From assembly GCA_024234615.1 (NCBI GenBank), contig JACKNY010000002.1, positions 398,111-462,110 of the forward strand: a DNA stretch of 64,000 bases, written 5' to 3'. Below are positions 37,205 through 46,931 of this stretch, piece by piece; position 1 is the stretch's first letter, and each line of letters opens with the position of its first letter. Both the position numbers and the translations under genes were made by a program. A model generated the notes under the pieces. That model was not told the DNA's origin and did no database searches. It saw nothing but the letters and a program-made list of their open reading frames with translations. The DNA comes from Pseudomonadales bacterium (GTDB taxonomy: Bacteria; Pseudomonadota; Gammaproteobacteria; Pseudomonadales; IMCC2047).

Positions 37205-39481
37205 CTATCTTGATTGGCGCTGCTCTCTGATGCGCAGCGCGAGGTCGCCAGTAGGCGGAGCAGGCTTAAAGAAAATATTTATTCGCGTCAACAAAGCATC
37301 TGCCGCGTCAAAATGGCCTAACTCCAACATTAAATTTATCTGCTCGATAATCTCCTTTCTGATGCTCTGCATTTCCGTTATGGCAATAAAGTTTTCTGGA
37401 TTAAGCGCTAGTACTTCTTTATAAATCAACACTGCGTTGTGATCGGCCGGGTACAGTAACTTACCTTCTTTCTTCAGGGTTTGCGCTTGCCCAAGAAGCC
37501 AATCAATCCTTTCTTGTTTTTGCGTCCTTCGCTGCTCCTGCACTATCACAAGGTCCAGCACTTCATCCGTAATTTGACTATCATGCTGATCAATAGTCAT
37601 GAGCGTCAATGGAGATTTTGTTTTTATTGGGACAAAAGAAAGGCTTGACTCAGTATTATCCTTCACGACAGAGCTATTTGTTTTACCGCTGACGATGTCA
37701 TAAATACCCTCTCGCAGCTTATTTTGAAGCATTTCCAACCGGTCACGGGTTTTAAAAATAAAATAATCAAAACTCAGGCCAACCTGTTCATTACCCTGAA
37801 TTTGCTGAACGCCCAACTCCTTTGGTTTTTCCTCACGCGAATAATTAAAATAGATAACCGCGCTAGCCAACAGCAGTAGGATAAGTAAAACTGACCGCCA
37901 TAAATATTTCTTTGTCACCTTCGGCGCATAGTCATAGGAAGAACAAGGTTGTTCTGCGAGTGTTTGATATATTTCCTGTGGAATATCAACAAAATCATTT
38001 TCCTTCAATAGATCATCGCGCTCTATCTCTACCCCAGCTGTTACCGAATCAGGACTAACAGAGGGGTTTTTATTCAATGTTGAGGCATCTTTGGACGGAA
38101 TCTCCTGATTATCTACCACCTTATTTTTATTATTGGTTAGCTCACTGTGCGGCAAAGGCTTATCGGTTGCTGGAGGTTTCGTCTGCCGAGGCACCGAGCT
38201 AGCTGTTTTTGTTTTTTCGGATAGAGCGGGAGTAATGTTTTTTATTCCATCAACACCTGAATCGCCCTTAACTTTCACATTTGTATTCGCTACTTCAACA
38301 GCCCGCAGGGGCTTATCCGCGCCACTTTTTTTCTGACTTTCATTTTTTACCGGTTGAGAAGGCGCTGTGATTTTAGCAATGGTCTCATGAATATTTTTAT
38401 CTTCGTGTGCTCGTTTCTTGCCTTTATGCTTCCCTGACTTAAGGCTTTCAATATACTCGTAACTATTGGTAAATTCTGTTGGTGGGACATCGTCCCATTC
38501 GTTTTTAGACTTCCGGGTGGGTGTAGTGGCGCCAGTTTTAGTGTCGGGCATTAACAGCTTTTCAAAGGTCTCCCGCTGTTTTTTCTTTGCCGCATGAGAT
38601 AACGAGAACACATTGCTCTGTACGGGGGGCGTTTTCTTTGAGACCTTTGCCGACTCAACTGAATGCCCATCAATAGCGATAATTATTTCATCGTCTATTT
38701 TTTCCAGTTCATCAATCATCTCGCGCCCACTCTGGAAACGCTCATCCGGCATTTTCGCTAAGGCATAATCAACAAACTCTTGAAAAACCGACAACTCATT
38801 GGGCAATTGCACGAAGGAAGCCCCTAACTGCTCAGAACCAACCGCCTCACAACCGTACTTAAAGGGCGCTTTTCCTGTTAGTAAAAAACAAAAGACCGCG
38901 CCCAAACTATAGAGGTCTGCTCGCGCATCCAACGACTCCCTGCGCTGCTGTTCTGGGCTCGCATAATCTGCTGTTTCGAGTAATTTATCCTGCAATAGCG
39001 ACTCAGCATTTTGATACATTTCCCGAGCGAAGCCAAAGTCCGTCAGCATTGCTTGGCTGGTTTCTGATGAGAGAATGATATTTGAAGGTTTGATGTTGTA
39101 GTGGCCAATTTTACGCTGTGCCAAATAATCTAAGGCGCCAGCCAACTGCTTCACCACATATATTTTGTCCAATAAGCACATACTTGAAGCGCGCTTTTCA
39201 AGACTCTCCCCCGGAATGTAGTCAACAACACTGTACAGCGCCTCAATGTTTTGCCCGACCTCATGAACTTCAGCAATATTAGGATGAAAAACCTGCTTAG
39301 CAGTTTCTCCCTCCTTATCAAACCGACTGAGATATCTATTCAGCACGGCATGATCTAACAGCGATTTCGGTAGATACTTCACTACGACCGCTCGCCCGGA
39401 AGATAACTGGGTCGCGAGATATACGAATCCCGCACCACTATTCTCGATGGGTTGGATTATTTTATAGCCTGAAATATCCAT
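37205..39481 (-). CDS. membrane-spanning Hanks-type Ser/Thr kinase homologue with a degenerate catalytic loop (HYN instead of HRD)
   Basis: Kinase subdomains are recognisable: SGAGFVY, VVVK, DFG (LTDFGFA), ASPE and DLYSLG. The catalytic loop reads IGHYNIKPSN. A low-complexity linker, one TM helix (LWRSVLLILLLLASAVIYF) and a C-terminal helical/TPR-like domain follow. Confidence 0.85.
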   Translation of the reverse strand: MDISGYKIIQPIENSGAGFVYLATQLSSGRAVVVKYLPKSLLDHAVLNRYLSRFDKEGETAKQVFHPNIAEVHEVGQNIEALYSVVDYIPGESLEKRASSMCLLDKIYVVKQLAGALDYLAQRKIGHYNIKPSNIILSSETSQAMLTDFGFAREMYQNAESLLQDKLLETADYASPEQQRRESLDARADLYSLGAVFCFLLTGKAPFKYGCEAVGSEQLGASFVQLPNELSVFQEFVDYALAKMPDERFQSGREMIDELEKIDDEIIIAIDGHSVESAKVSKKTPPVQSNVFSLSHAAKKKQRETFEKLLMPDTKTGATTPTRKSKNEWDDVPPTEFTNSYEYIESLKSGKHKGKKRAHEDKNIHETIAKITAPSQPVKNESQKKSGADKPLRAVEVANTNVKVKGDSGVDGIKNITPALSEKTKTASSVPRQTKPPATDKPLPHSELTNNKNKVVDNQEIPSKDASTLNKNPSVSPDSVTAGVEIERDDLLKENDFVDIPQEIYQTLAEQPCSSYDYAPKVTKKYLWRSVLLILLLLASAVIYFNYSREEKPKELGVQQIQGNEQVGLSFDYFIFKTRDRLEMLQNKLREGIYDIVSGKTNSSVVKDNTESSLSFVPIKTKSPLTLMTIDQHDSQITDEVLDLVIVQEQRRTQKQERIDWLLGQAQTLKKEGKLLYPADHNAVLIYKEVLALNPENFIAITEMQSIRKEIIEQINLMLELGHFDAADALLTRINIFFKPAPPTGDLALRIREQRQSR

Positions 39482-39843
39482 TTAAACCTTTAGTTCTGTT
39501 CCTGTCGGTATTCGCAAAGCTCATCTGGACATACTTTGCGCACCCCAGGTTTATACTCGACCTCAGGAACCTCTGAAAAATTCCTTAAAGTGAGTTCTGA
39601 TATTTATCAACACACTAAGTATATATTGACAGCAATAACTATGCCGGACGAAAAAAAAGCTCTATTTTACAATGGCTTCGGCTTAACTATTGAATAATTA
39701 TGGGCGTGTTCAGTCAGTAAAAAATACAATTTGTAAATTTATCTGACGCCATTACGTTTCATTTTAATCACCTTTCACTTCTAACAGCAATGTGAGACAT
39801 TAGCGCCACTACTGACCCACCAACTCTAAAAAAGTGATTTTTC

Positions 39844-40161
39844 GTGTACCTTGAACTAAGCCATTTATTATGGACTTTCGTCATTCTATCGGGCTTTTCC
39901 TATTGGTGGCATGCCTATGGCATCAAGCAGACTGCATTACAGCAAACAAAAGCCTACTGCCAAAAAATGGATCTGCAAATGCTAGATGAAAGTATTGCTT
40001 TGAATCGAGTCACCATTAAACGTGACAGTAATGGCCATATTAATTTCATTAGAGTATTTCGCTTTGAGTTCGCTTCAACAGGTGACGAGCGTTATCAGGA
40101 GCTCACCACTATGCATGGTCGTCATTGCCAGAATATCCACTTAGATGCGCACAAAATATAG
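39844..40161 (+). CDS. DUF3301 domain-containing protein
   Basis: GTG start. N-terminal TM, then a pattern typical of DUF3301 (QQTKAYCQKMDLQMLDESIAL..., FRFEF...G.R). Confidence 0.72.
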   Translation: MYLELSHLLWTFVILSGFSYWWHAYGIKQTALQQTKAYCQKMDLQMLDESIALNRVTIKRDSNGHINFIRVFRFEFASTGDERYQELTTMHGRHCQNIHLDAHKI

Positions 40162-40199
40162 TGCTTGTTTGTAGGGGAGAAAATTGAATCTCAACCTGA

Positions 40200-40514
40200 T
40201 TAGATGAGTTTATCTTGCTGCACCAATACCCAAGGTTTAATCACCACTGTCCAAAGTTTAGCTTCTTCTGCCAACCAGATTTTCGCTTGCTTATCTGAGA
40301 CTTTCATCAGCAAATCACGTTCCATCCAGCTTTTTATTTGCGCGACATCGTCCCTGGCAAAATGCAAAGCAACCATCACTAAATCCAATTCTGGTGCAAT
40401 ATAAACACAATTACCTGTTGCGAAAAAACGCTGTAATTCCTGCCAGCTAATTCTGGCGGTTTGGGCATTGACCTCCGCCATGGTGGCTTCTTCGTGACTG
40501 CTAGACTCTGACAT
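40200..40514 (-). CDS. DUF2288 domain-containing protein
   Basis: The ISWQELQRFFA.G....I...LDLV.VA...D......W and PWVLVQ pattern is typical of DUF2288. Confidence 0.72.
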   Translation of the reverse strand: MSESSSHEEATMAEVNAQTARISWQELQRFFATGNCVYIAPELDLVMVALHFARDDVAQIKSWMERDLLMKVSDKQAKIWLAEEAKLWTVVIKPWVLVQQDKLI

Positions 40515-40632
40515 TGGTTATAACTTTTCAATAAATGAGAAAATGGATGAGGGAGGGATTATAACGATCTCCTCCTTTATGAACTAGCCTGCTATAATCG
40601 CGCGCCCACTATTTCCAGGAGACTAAAAGAGT

Positions 40633-40914
40633 ATGTTCAATGTGAATGAATACTTTGATGGCAAGGTAAAATCTATCGCTTTCCAAACTGACTCGCTACC
40701 CGCGACCGTTGGTGTGATGGCGCCAGGCGATTATGAATTTGGCACCAGCAAAAAAGAAACCATGACAGTCATAAGTGGCGCATTAACCGTTAAACTACCA
40801 CAAAGCGATGACTGGCAGACTTTTAACGCTGGCGACCAATTTGAGGTAGCAGCAAATCAGCATTTTCAACTTCAAGTCGCTGTCGATACCGCATACCTCT
40901 GTACGTACGGATAG
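40633..40914 (+). CDS. ppnP: pyrimidine/purine nucleoside phosphorylase PpnP (YaiE/DUF1255)
   Basis: [13 protein letters not shown] ... [11 protein letters not shown]...DWQ ... YLC.Y is collinear with E. coli PpnP as I recall it. SD AGGAG is upstream. Confidence 0.9.
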   Translation: MFNVNEYFDGKVKSIAFQTDSLPATVGVMAPGDYEFGTSKKETMTVISGALTVKLPQSDDWQTFNAGDQFEVAANQHFQLQVAVDTAYLCTYG

Positions 40915-40958
40915 TTCCAGCTAATTTTTGGCAACCATTTTTTTCTGGCTGATTCGCC

Positions 40959-40990
40959 ATTGGGCTCGCATCCTGAGCCCAATTATTTTC
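40959..40990 (+). terminator. Rho-independent terminator of ppnP
   Basis: ATTGGGCTC-GCATCCT-GAGCCCAAT is a perfect 9-bp stem, followed by TATTTTC. Confidence 0.75.
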
Positions 40991-41064
40991 TATCTTAAAT
41001 GAAAACCGGCATATCCTTTGCTATACCTAACCTTATATTTTGATAAATACGGGGGATATATACC

Positions 41065-41283
41065 ATGACAATGCACTTTTCCGTACACCAACATGACGAT
41101 GGCTGGTATCGCTTAACTGCCGAAACAGCGCAAAAAGTGACTATTCTTGTCTGTGATTGCGAAACGAAAGCTCTTGCTCAGCATATGCAAGAGAGCCTGA
41201 ATAGTGCTCCGAACGAGACACAAAAGCAGGTTATTGCCGCTATTGGTATGGAATTATTGCAGGAACTAGCGCAAAGCGCCTAG
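41065..41283 (+). CDS. hypothetical protein (72 aa)
   Basis: ORF with GGGGGA upstream at SD distance. No recognisable domain. Confidence 0.45.
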   Translation: MTMHFSVHQHDDGWYRLTAETAQKVTILVCDCETKALAQHMQESLNSAPNETQKQVIAAIGMELLQELAQSA

Positions 41284-41287
41284 TCTT

Positions 41288-44200
41288 CTAGTCGGGCCAG
41301 TTATTATTGTTAGGCCGTAAAGCAGGTTTTCTGAAAAGACGGAGCGCTCTTTGCCATAAGTGCGCGACTGAAAACCCCATAAAAGTTCGGAAAATAAGGG
41401 GGATCACAAAAAGTGTCAGCAATGTTGAAACGGCAAGACCGCTCACAATAGCTGTTGCTACCGGCCCCCAAATCAGTGATTTCCCCGCCAACCCGGCCGC
41501 CAGAGAAAAAAGTCCGGCAATAGTGGTCAGAGAAGTAATCAGAATCGGAATAACACGTCTTCTTGCCGCATAGACTGTCGCATGCAATAAACTCATACCA
41601 GACGTTAACCGCTCATTGGCAGCTGAAATGAGGACAATTGCTGAATTTACCGAGATGCCCATCAACGCCACCACACCATAGAGTGTATAAAGACTGAGAG
41701 GGTTATTAGTCACAAATAACCCCAAAATAACCCCCGTAATCGCCAAGGGCAAAGAGGTCAGCACCATCAATGGTTGCCAATAACTACGAAATTGGGTGCC
41801 AAGAATGATATATATTAAACCAACACCCAGTAACGCTAGCATCCAAATGGCATCAAGAGATTCCTGAATATCATCAAGCTCACCGGTAAAATCCAAATTG
41901 ATATTGGGAAATTCGCCGCTAATCCTGCGCCACTCATCCTCAATCAGTTGATTCGCTTGCACAGTATTGATTGCTTCCTTATCAATATCTGCTTCCAACG
42001 TAATAGTTCGGCGAAAATTATAGTGCCGAATATTGTGTTGTCCTAAGCCATACTTGGGTATCACGAGATCACCAAGAGCCACCGCACCCCCCTGCGGTAA
42101 TGACAAGGTTTGGCGCAAGAGTGCATCAATGCCAGCGCGTTTATCTTGTTTTGCTACGACACGCACCTTCACCTCTTCGCCCCGGTCTTGAAAGTCCGTG
42201 ACAATCTCTCCGTCAACATAGGCTTGCATCACTCTACTGACCGTGTTCGGGTTTAGTCCCGCTCGTTTAATGGCATCCGCATTGAGCCTCAGCACTAGTT
42301 CTGGATTGCCAGCTCGATAATCCAGAGTAATGTTGCTGTAATTACCCTGCGATTGCATGAACTGACTTAAACGATCAGCGGCCTTTTTGATGGTGGCAAA
42401 ATCATCACCACGCACCTTGACGCTGACGGCCCGTGTCGTCGGTGGGCCATTATTCATACGTAACAGAGAGAGTGATTTAATACCCTCCACTTTCTGCAAC
42501 CTTTCTTGTACCGCATCCGCCACTTCATCCACGGATCGGAATCCATGTTGTGCCGGATTGAGACTAACCATTACCTGCCCGACATTATTACCAAATAACG
42601 GTTCCGTTTCTGTCATTTGTTGTCCGGCATAGGCCAGCGTTGCCCTCAGCTCATCAGGCTCTATGACCTCCAGCATTTGGGTTTCAATCTCGCGTATAAT
42701 GCGCCCGTTTTCCTCCAGCGAAGTACCACTGTCTGTCTGCACATTTACGTAGAACAGGCGCAACGGGTCGGTTTCAAAGAAGTTGAAGCGAATCAGGCCA
42801 AAAGCCAAAATTAAGATCGCTAAAATAAAAATTGCACCCGAACAAGTTATTGAAATAATCGGATGCCGTAGGGCCTTGAGCAACCACCGCGTATAGCGTA
42901 ACTTCACCTTGTGGGTCATACGGTCACGCCAGGTTTTAGTGGCCGCTTTGGCGTATTTCCCCGACGCACTAACGTGAGCAGGCAGCATCCAATAGGCTTC
43001 TATTAGGCTGATTGCAAGCGCAATAGTTACCACGAGGGGAATGACCTTCATAAACTCACCCAGGATGCCGGGCAACAACATCAATGGCAGGAAAGCCGCC
43101 ATGGTGGTCAATACAGAGGTCGTTACGGGCGCAAAAACTTCTCTTAATGCCTCAATTGCGGCAGCAATACCCTCAACACCGTTCTGCAGCTTGCGGTACA
43201 TGGTTTCAACCACAACCACCGCATCATCCACTAACATACCAAGGGCAATGACGACACCCAGTAACACCATGTTATTCAGCGACATACCGATGATATTGAG
43301 AAATAGAAAAGTACCCGCTAACGTAAAAGGAATACCGATACTGGTCAGAAACGAAATACGATTCCCCAAAAAAACCCAGGTTACCAATAGCACTAACAAA
43401 AGGCCGATCAGGGCATTGTTTTGCATCAACGCCAGTGCTTCTTTGGTGCTAATGGTTTGATCGTCTACCAGCGTTAGACGTACACCTGTGTTTTCGCTCA
43501 GCGCATTGCGCTGGTCGATATAGGCCTGCACCCGTTCCACTAATTCAATAACGTTGGTATTGGCTTTTTTAACAATTGGTAGCATCACCGCCGGTTCGCC
43601 CTGATAGAATACCAATTCGGAAGGTTCCTCTGTCGATCGCGACAGCTCCGCCAAGGCCCCGAGCGCAACGACGCCTTGCGCAGTGATTACCGAGTAATTC
43701 GCCATGACCTCAGGGTTAGCACTGGTACCCGCTAATCGCACCAACCACTGGCCCTCACTGGTATCAATATCACCGCCTGATACGTCGCGAAAATAAGCAC
43801 GTACCGTATCGCTCAGATCTGCCGGTGTAATACCTAAACCCACTAATCTTTCAGGGAAAAAGGAGACATGCAATTCAGGGTCATCCAACCCCATCGGGGT
43901 GATTTTATCAATCCCTTTGAGGCGCTCCAGGTCCTTTCTTACATTGCGCGCCTGTACGCGTAAATTCTCGTCCGCTCCGACGCCTGTAACCACCACAGTA
44001 GCAGCCGGAAATCCGCTCGAACTGGTGATTTCATAAATAATTGGGTCTTCCGCTTCGCTTGGTAGCTCATCATTGTAAGTATTTTGCACCTCTCGACGTA
44101 GATCACTCAAGCGTTTATCAAAAGTACGCTCATCGATTTGATTAAAACGAATGAGAATATTGGAAATAGCTTCTCGGCTGGTGCTGGTGACAAATTTAAT

Positions 44201-44431
44201 ATCTGAAACCCCGCTAGCGATCGCGTCCTCTAGAGGATCAGTAATACGTCGTTCGATATCTTCTGCCGAAGCACCCGGCAGGATGGTAATGACATTTACC
44301 CAGTTAAAATTAATTTCAGGGTCGCGCGCAGGAGGCAATTGTTGATAAGCCAAATAGCCTAATACCAAAACCAACCCGAAACTAAGATTGGTCAGCACAT
44401 GATTACTGAGCAGGCGCTGCAACCAACTCAT
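41288..44431 (-). CDS. RND efflux transporter permease (AcrB/AcrD/AcrF family)
   Basis: 1047 aa with two large periplasmic loops and 12 TM helices. The N-terminus (NLSFGLVLVLGYLAY) and TM4 region (ALGMLVDDAVVVVE) are typical of the family. Confidence 0.92.
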   Translation of the reverse strand: MSWLQRLLSNHVLTNLSFGLVLVLGYLAYQQLPPARDPEINFNWVNVITILPGASAEDIERRITDPLEDAIASGVSDIKFVTSTSREAISNILIRFNQIDERTFDKRLSDLRREVQNTYNDELPSEAEDPIIYEITSSSGFPAATVVVTGVGADENLRVQARNVRKDLERLKGIDKITPMGLDDPELHVSFFPERLVGLGITPADLSDTVRAYFRDVSGGDIDTSEGQWLVRLAGTSANPEVMANYSVITAQGVVALGALAELSRSTEEPSELVFYQGEPAVMLPIVKKANTNVIELVERVQAYIDQRNALSENTGVRLTLVDDQTISTKEALALMQNNALIGLLLVLLVTWVFLGNRISFLTSIGIPFTLAGTFLFLNIIGMSLNNMVLLGVVIALGMLVDDAVVVVETMYRKLQNGVEGIAAAIEALREVFAPVTTSVLTTMAAFLPLMLLPGILGEFMKVIPLVVTIALAISLIEAYWMLPAHVSASGKYAKAATKTWRDRMTHKVKLRYTRWLLKALRHPIISITCSGAIFILAILILAFGLIRFNFFETDPLRLFYVNVQTDSGTSLEENGRIIREIETQMLEVIEPDELRATLAYAGQQMTETEPLFGNNVGQVMVSLNPAQHGFRSVDEVADAVQERLQKVEGIKSLSLLRMNNGPPTTRAVSVKVRGDDFATIKKAADRLSQFMQSQGNYSNITLDYRAGNPELVLRLNADAIKRAGLNPNTVSRVMQAYVDGEIVTDFQDRGEEVKVRVVAKQDKRAGIDALLRQTLSLPQGGAVALGDLVIPKYGLGQHNIRHYNFRRTITLEADIDKEAINTVQANQLIEDEWRRISGEFPNINLDFTGELDDIQESLDAIWMLALLGVGLIYIILGTQFRSYWQPLMVLTSLPLAITGVILGLFVTNNPLSLYTLYGVVALMGISVNSAIVLISAANERLTSGMSLLHATVYAARRRVIPILITSLTTIAGLFSLAAGLAGKSLIWGPVATAIVSGLAVSTLLTLFVIPLIFRTFMGFSVAHLWQRALRLFRKPALRPNNNNWPD

Positions 44432-44480
44432 CTTTGCTCGCTCAGCTCCAGTTTATTAATTTGACGCATCATCAACATGC

Positions 44481-45509
44481 TTAGGAATCACCCACTGGGT
44501 CGATCTGTTCTGCATCGCGCAGTCCTAGATGTCCCTCCACCACCAGTGGTGTCAAGATCGGCAGATCGACCGGGCTAGCACGGCCCGCCTGAGCATCGGG
44601 AGTGGCTATAAATTGAGCACGGCCATCACGAATGATAAATACGCCAAGCTGTCCATCACGTTTTACTAACAGGTTAGCGGGCACATGCGGTCGTACATCC
44701 CGCCAATATAATTTACCCGCAGCACCAGGCAAGGCACTTTCTCGCTCAAACACCAATCTCACCTCTTGATTGCGAGTCGCGCTATTAATCGTCGATACTA
44801 TCGATCTAAGTTTTAATAGATAACGTTGGCCAGCCTGTTCAAAGTAGAGTTTATCTATTGAGCCAAGATAGCTAGCATCCTGAGTAATAACTTGCGCCGA
44901 TACCTCAAGTTTTTCCAAATCAGTAATCTTTACCAAGGGATGGCCATTATCAGCATAGTTTCCCACGGAACTTTGCCGCTCAATCACCAACGCCCGAAAC
45001 GGGCTCACAACTTGACATCGAGATTCGTTTAATTTGGCCACTTCCAGCTCTGCTTGCGCCCCACGTAAATCGGCCTGCAATACCGCTAAATCGGCCTGCC
45101 GCTCATCCAGCGCTTCCTCGGAAATAGACTGCTTTTTCAGCAGGCTTTCGGTCCGTGCAACGCGGCGTTTAGCCAGTGCTATCCTCGCATCCAACGCTCC
45201 TACCCTGGCATTGGATGATTTAGTCGCAAGCTGATAATCTGCACAATCAAGCTCTGCCAGCAGCGCGCCCGCTTCAACCCGGTCTCCCACCCGCACCGGG
45301 ATATTGATTACTCGTGCTCTAATCTGTGCGCTAACAACCGGCTCATTGAGACTAATGACTGTCGCCGGTGCAGAATGCTCAGGATAGAGTGCAACTTCTG
45401 AGAGAGGTAGGGTCTTAACTGCCGTTTCCTGCTGCGCCAAGCCTGGCTGCGCTAACAAACAACATATTAAAGAAGAAATAAGATAACAGGAGGTTTTTTT
45501 TACGCACAT
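44481..45509 (-). CDS. RND efflux periplasmic adaptor (membrane fusion protein)
   Basis: Signal/lipoprotein-like N-terminus, a lipoyl-type segment (VGDRVEAGALLAELD), a coiled-coil hairpin and beta-barrel segments. It sits immediately upstream of the RND gene. Confidence 0.88.
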   Translation of the reverse strand: MCVKKTSCYLISSLICCLLAQPGLAQQETAVKTLPLSEVALYPEHSAPATVISLNEPVVSAQIRARVINIPVRVGDRVEAGALLAELDCADYQLATKSSNARVGALDARIALAKRRVARTESLLKKQSISEEALDERQADLAVLQADLRGAQAELEVAKLNESRCQVVSPFRALVIERQSSVGNYADNGHPLVKITDLEKLEVSAQVITQDASYLGSIDKLYFEQAGQRYLLKLRSIVSTINSATRNQEVRLVFERESALPGAAGKLYWRDVRPHVPANLLVKRDGQLGVFIIRDGRAQFIATPDAQAGRASPVDLPILTPLVVEGHLGLRDAEQIDPVGDS

Positions 45510-45646
45510 GCCATTAAAGCCACAAAGTCATTTTGTGATTCGTGCAAACATTCGCACAACGAAGAGGTCGATCATGATCCAATTTTTACTTTCATATTGC
45601 AAGCTTGATCATAGGCAGAGCATAAGTTTTCAGTAAACACTTCATT

Positions 45647-46036
45647 TTATTGCTGATTATCCGGCCCAAACAGTTTTTCCCACTCGACTTGTGCTCTTGC
45701 TTTTGAAGATTGATTCTCTTCCTTTTGCTCAGGCAATTGATCCCCAAACAATTCCGCCAATTGTACACGTGCAGCTCGCTCTGGATCTGAATCTTTCGCT
45801 TTAAATGCTCCAGGCCGAGGTGCAAAATAATCGCAGAAATTGGCGCTTTCCTTGTCGGTTACTGCCGGCGCCCTGTCTTCCTGGCATTGATCAGACACCT
45901 GCGGGTCGAAATTACGACAAAGTCGACAGACATGCTGGTCGGCTCCGCAGGATGCGCACTCTTCACGCCGTGACATAGGCAGAATAAGGTCAATTAATAG
46001 CGCGCCACACTTCCAACAACACATTTTATCGCTCAT
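45647..46036 (-). CDS. hypothetical Cys-rich (zinc-ribbon-like) protein
   Basis: 129 aa with CCWKCG ... CASCG ... CRLC ... FCDYF. The C-terminal half looks acidic and disordered. Confidence 0.6.
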   Translation of the reverse strand: MSDKMCCWKCGALLIDLILPMSRREECASCGADQHVCRLCRNFDPQVSDQCQEDRAPAVTDKESANFCDYFAPRPGAFKAKDSDPERAARVQLAELFGDQLPEQKEENQSSKARAQVEWEKLFGPDNQQ

Positions 46037-46132
46037 TGGCTACCCTACATTTGTTTAATAAACGCTTTACGTTAAGCTCTAACGCTATGGCTTTATATTT
46101 CTACTGCGAATTCTAACCTCTGGAATGCAATT

Positions 46133-46903
46133 ATGGCATTAAGAACCAAACTTAAGGATACGGCACAACAACTAGCGGGCGACCTGAAGGTGAAAGATAT
46201 TCGAATTGGCCTTTGCTACACCGCTGTACAATTGGATAACGGCCAACTGGGTCTCGCCTATACCTTTTGCGATAGTCTAACGGGTGGTTGCTCTGTTTTT
46301 GATACCTCGCAAACAATCGCTGGCCGCCCAGCTAAGGAATTACTCTCTCTGTTCGACTCCGACAACCTGATAGCCTCCGCCGTTGCGTTGGCGACTGCCA
46401 ATGCCTTACTCAACAGTTCGCATCATGCTTATGTGCCTGGGCCAGCCGTTGAACAAATTCAATTTTACCCCGACGACCAAGTCGGCATGATTGGCAATTT
46501 CTCTCCCTTGGTGCGAGATATCCGGCCACGTGTCAAACAGCTTTATATCTTTGAGCGACAAGCTCGTCTTGATGAAAGTATTCTGGGGCTAGCGATGACA
46601 GAGGAGCTTCTACCCAAATGCCAAGTGGCCCTTATTACAGCAACTGCTATTATTAATGGCAGCATTGATCGACTGCTCTCTTTAACCGCTAATTGTCGCG
46701 CAGTCATTATCCTGGGGACTTCCACTCCCCTGTGTCGGGATGTTTTTGAGGAAACACCCGTCACATTGCTTTCCGGTGTGGTTGCAAAAAACGCCGAAAA
46801 GCTATTGCAGATTGTGAGCGAGGGAGGAGGAACCCCTGCCTTTAAGCAGGCAGTGGACAAAGTGAATTTAGTTATTGGTCCTAACACACAGCGTTACGAT
46901 TAA
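46133..46903 (+). CDS. DUF364/DUF4213 (putative heavy-metal chelation, Rossmann-like) domain protein
   Basis: VKDIRIGLCYTAVQLDNGQLGLAYT and a C-terminal Rossmann-like half (MIGNFSPLV ... ITATAIINGS) fit this family. Confidence 0.68.
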   Translation: MALRTKLKDTAQQLAGDLKVKDIRIGLCYTAVQLDNGQLGLAYTFCDSLTGGCSVFDTSQTIAGRPAKELLSLFDSDNLIASAVALATANALLNSSHHAYVPGPAVEQIQFYPDDQVGMIGNFSPLVRDIRPRVKQLYIFERQARLDESILGLAMTEELLPKCQVALITATAIINGSIDRLLSLTANCRAVIILGTSTPLCRDVFEETPVTLLSGVVAKNAEKLLQIVSEGGGTPAFKQAVDKVNLVIGPNTQRYD

Positions 46904-46931
46904 TCACATTGGCTTGAGACGATAAACCACT

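Noticed and set aside
45592-45825. 77-aa ORF overlapping the 3' part of the Cys-rich gene
   Set aside because: It overlaps in another frame with the better-supported 129-aa ORF. It is lysine-rich and low in complexity, so it is probably spurious.
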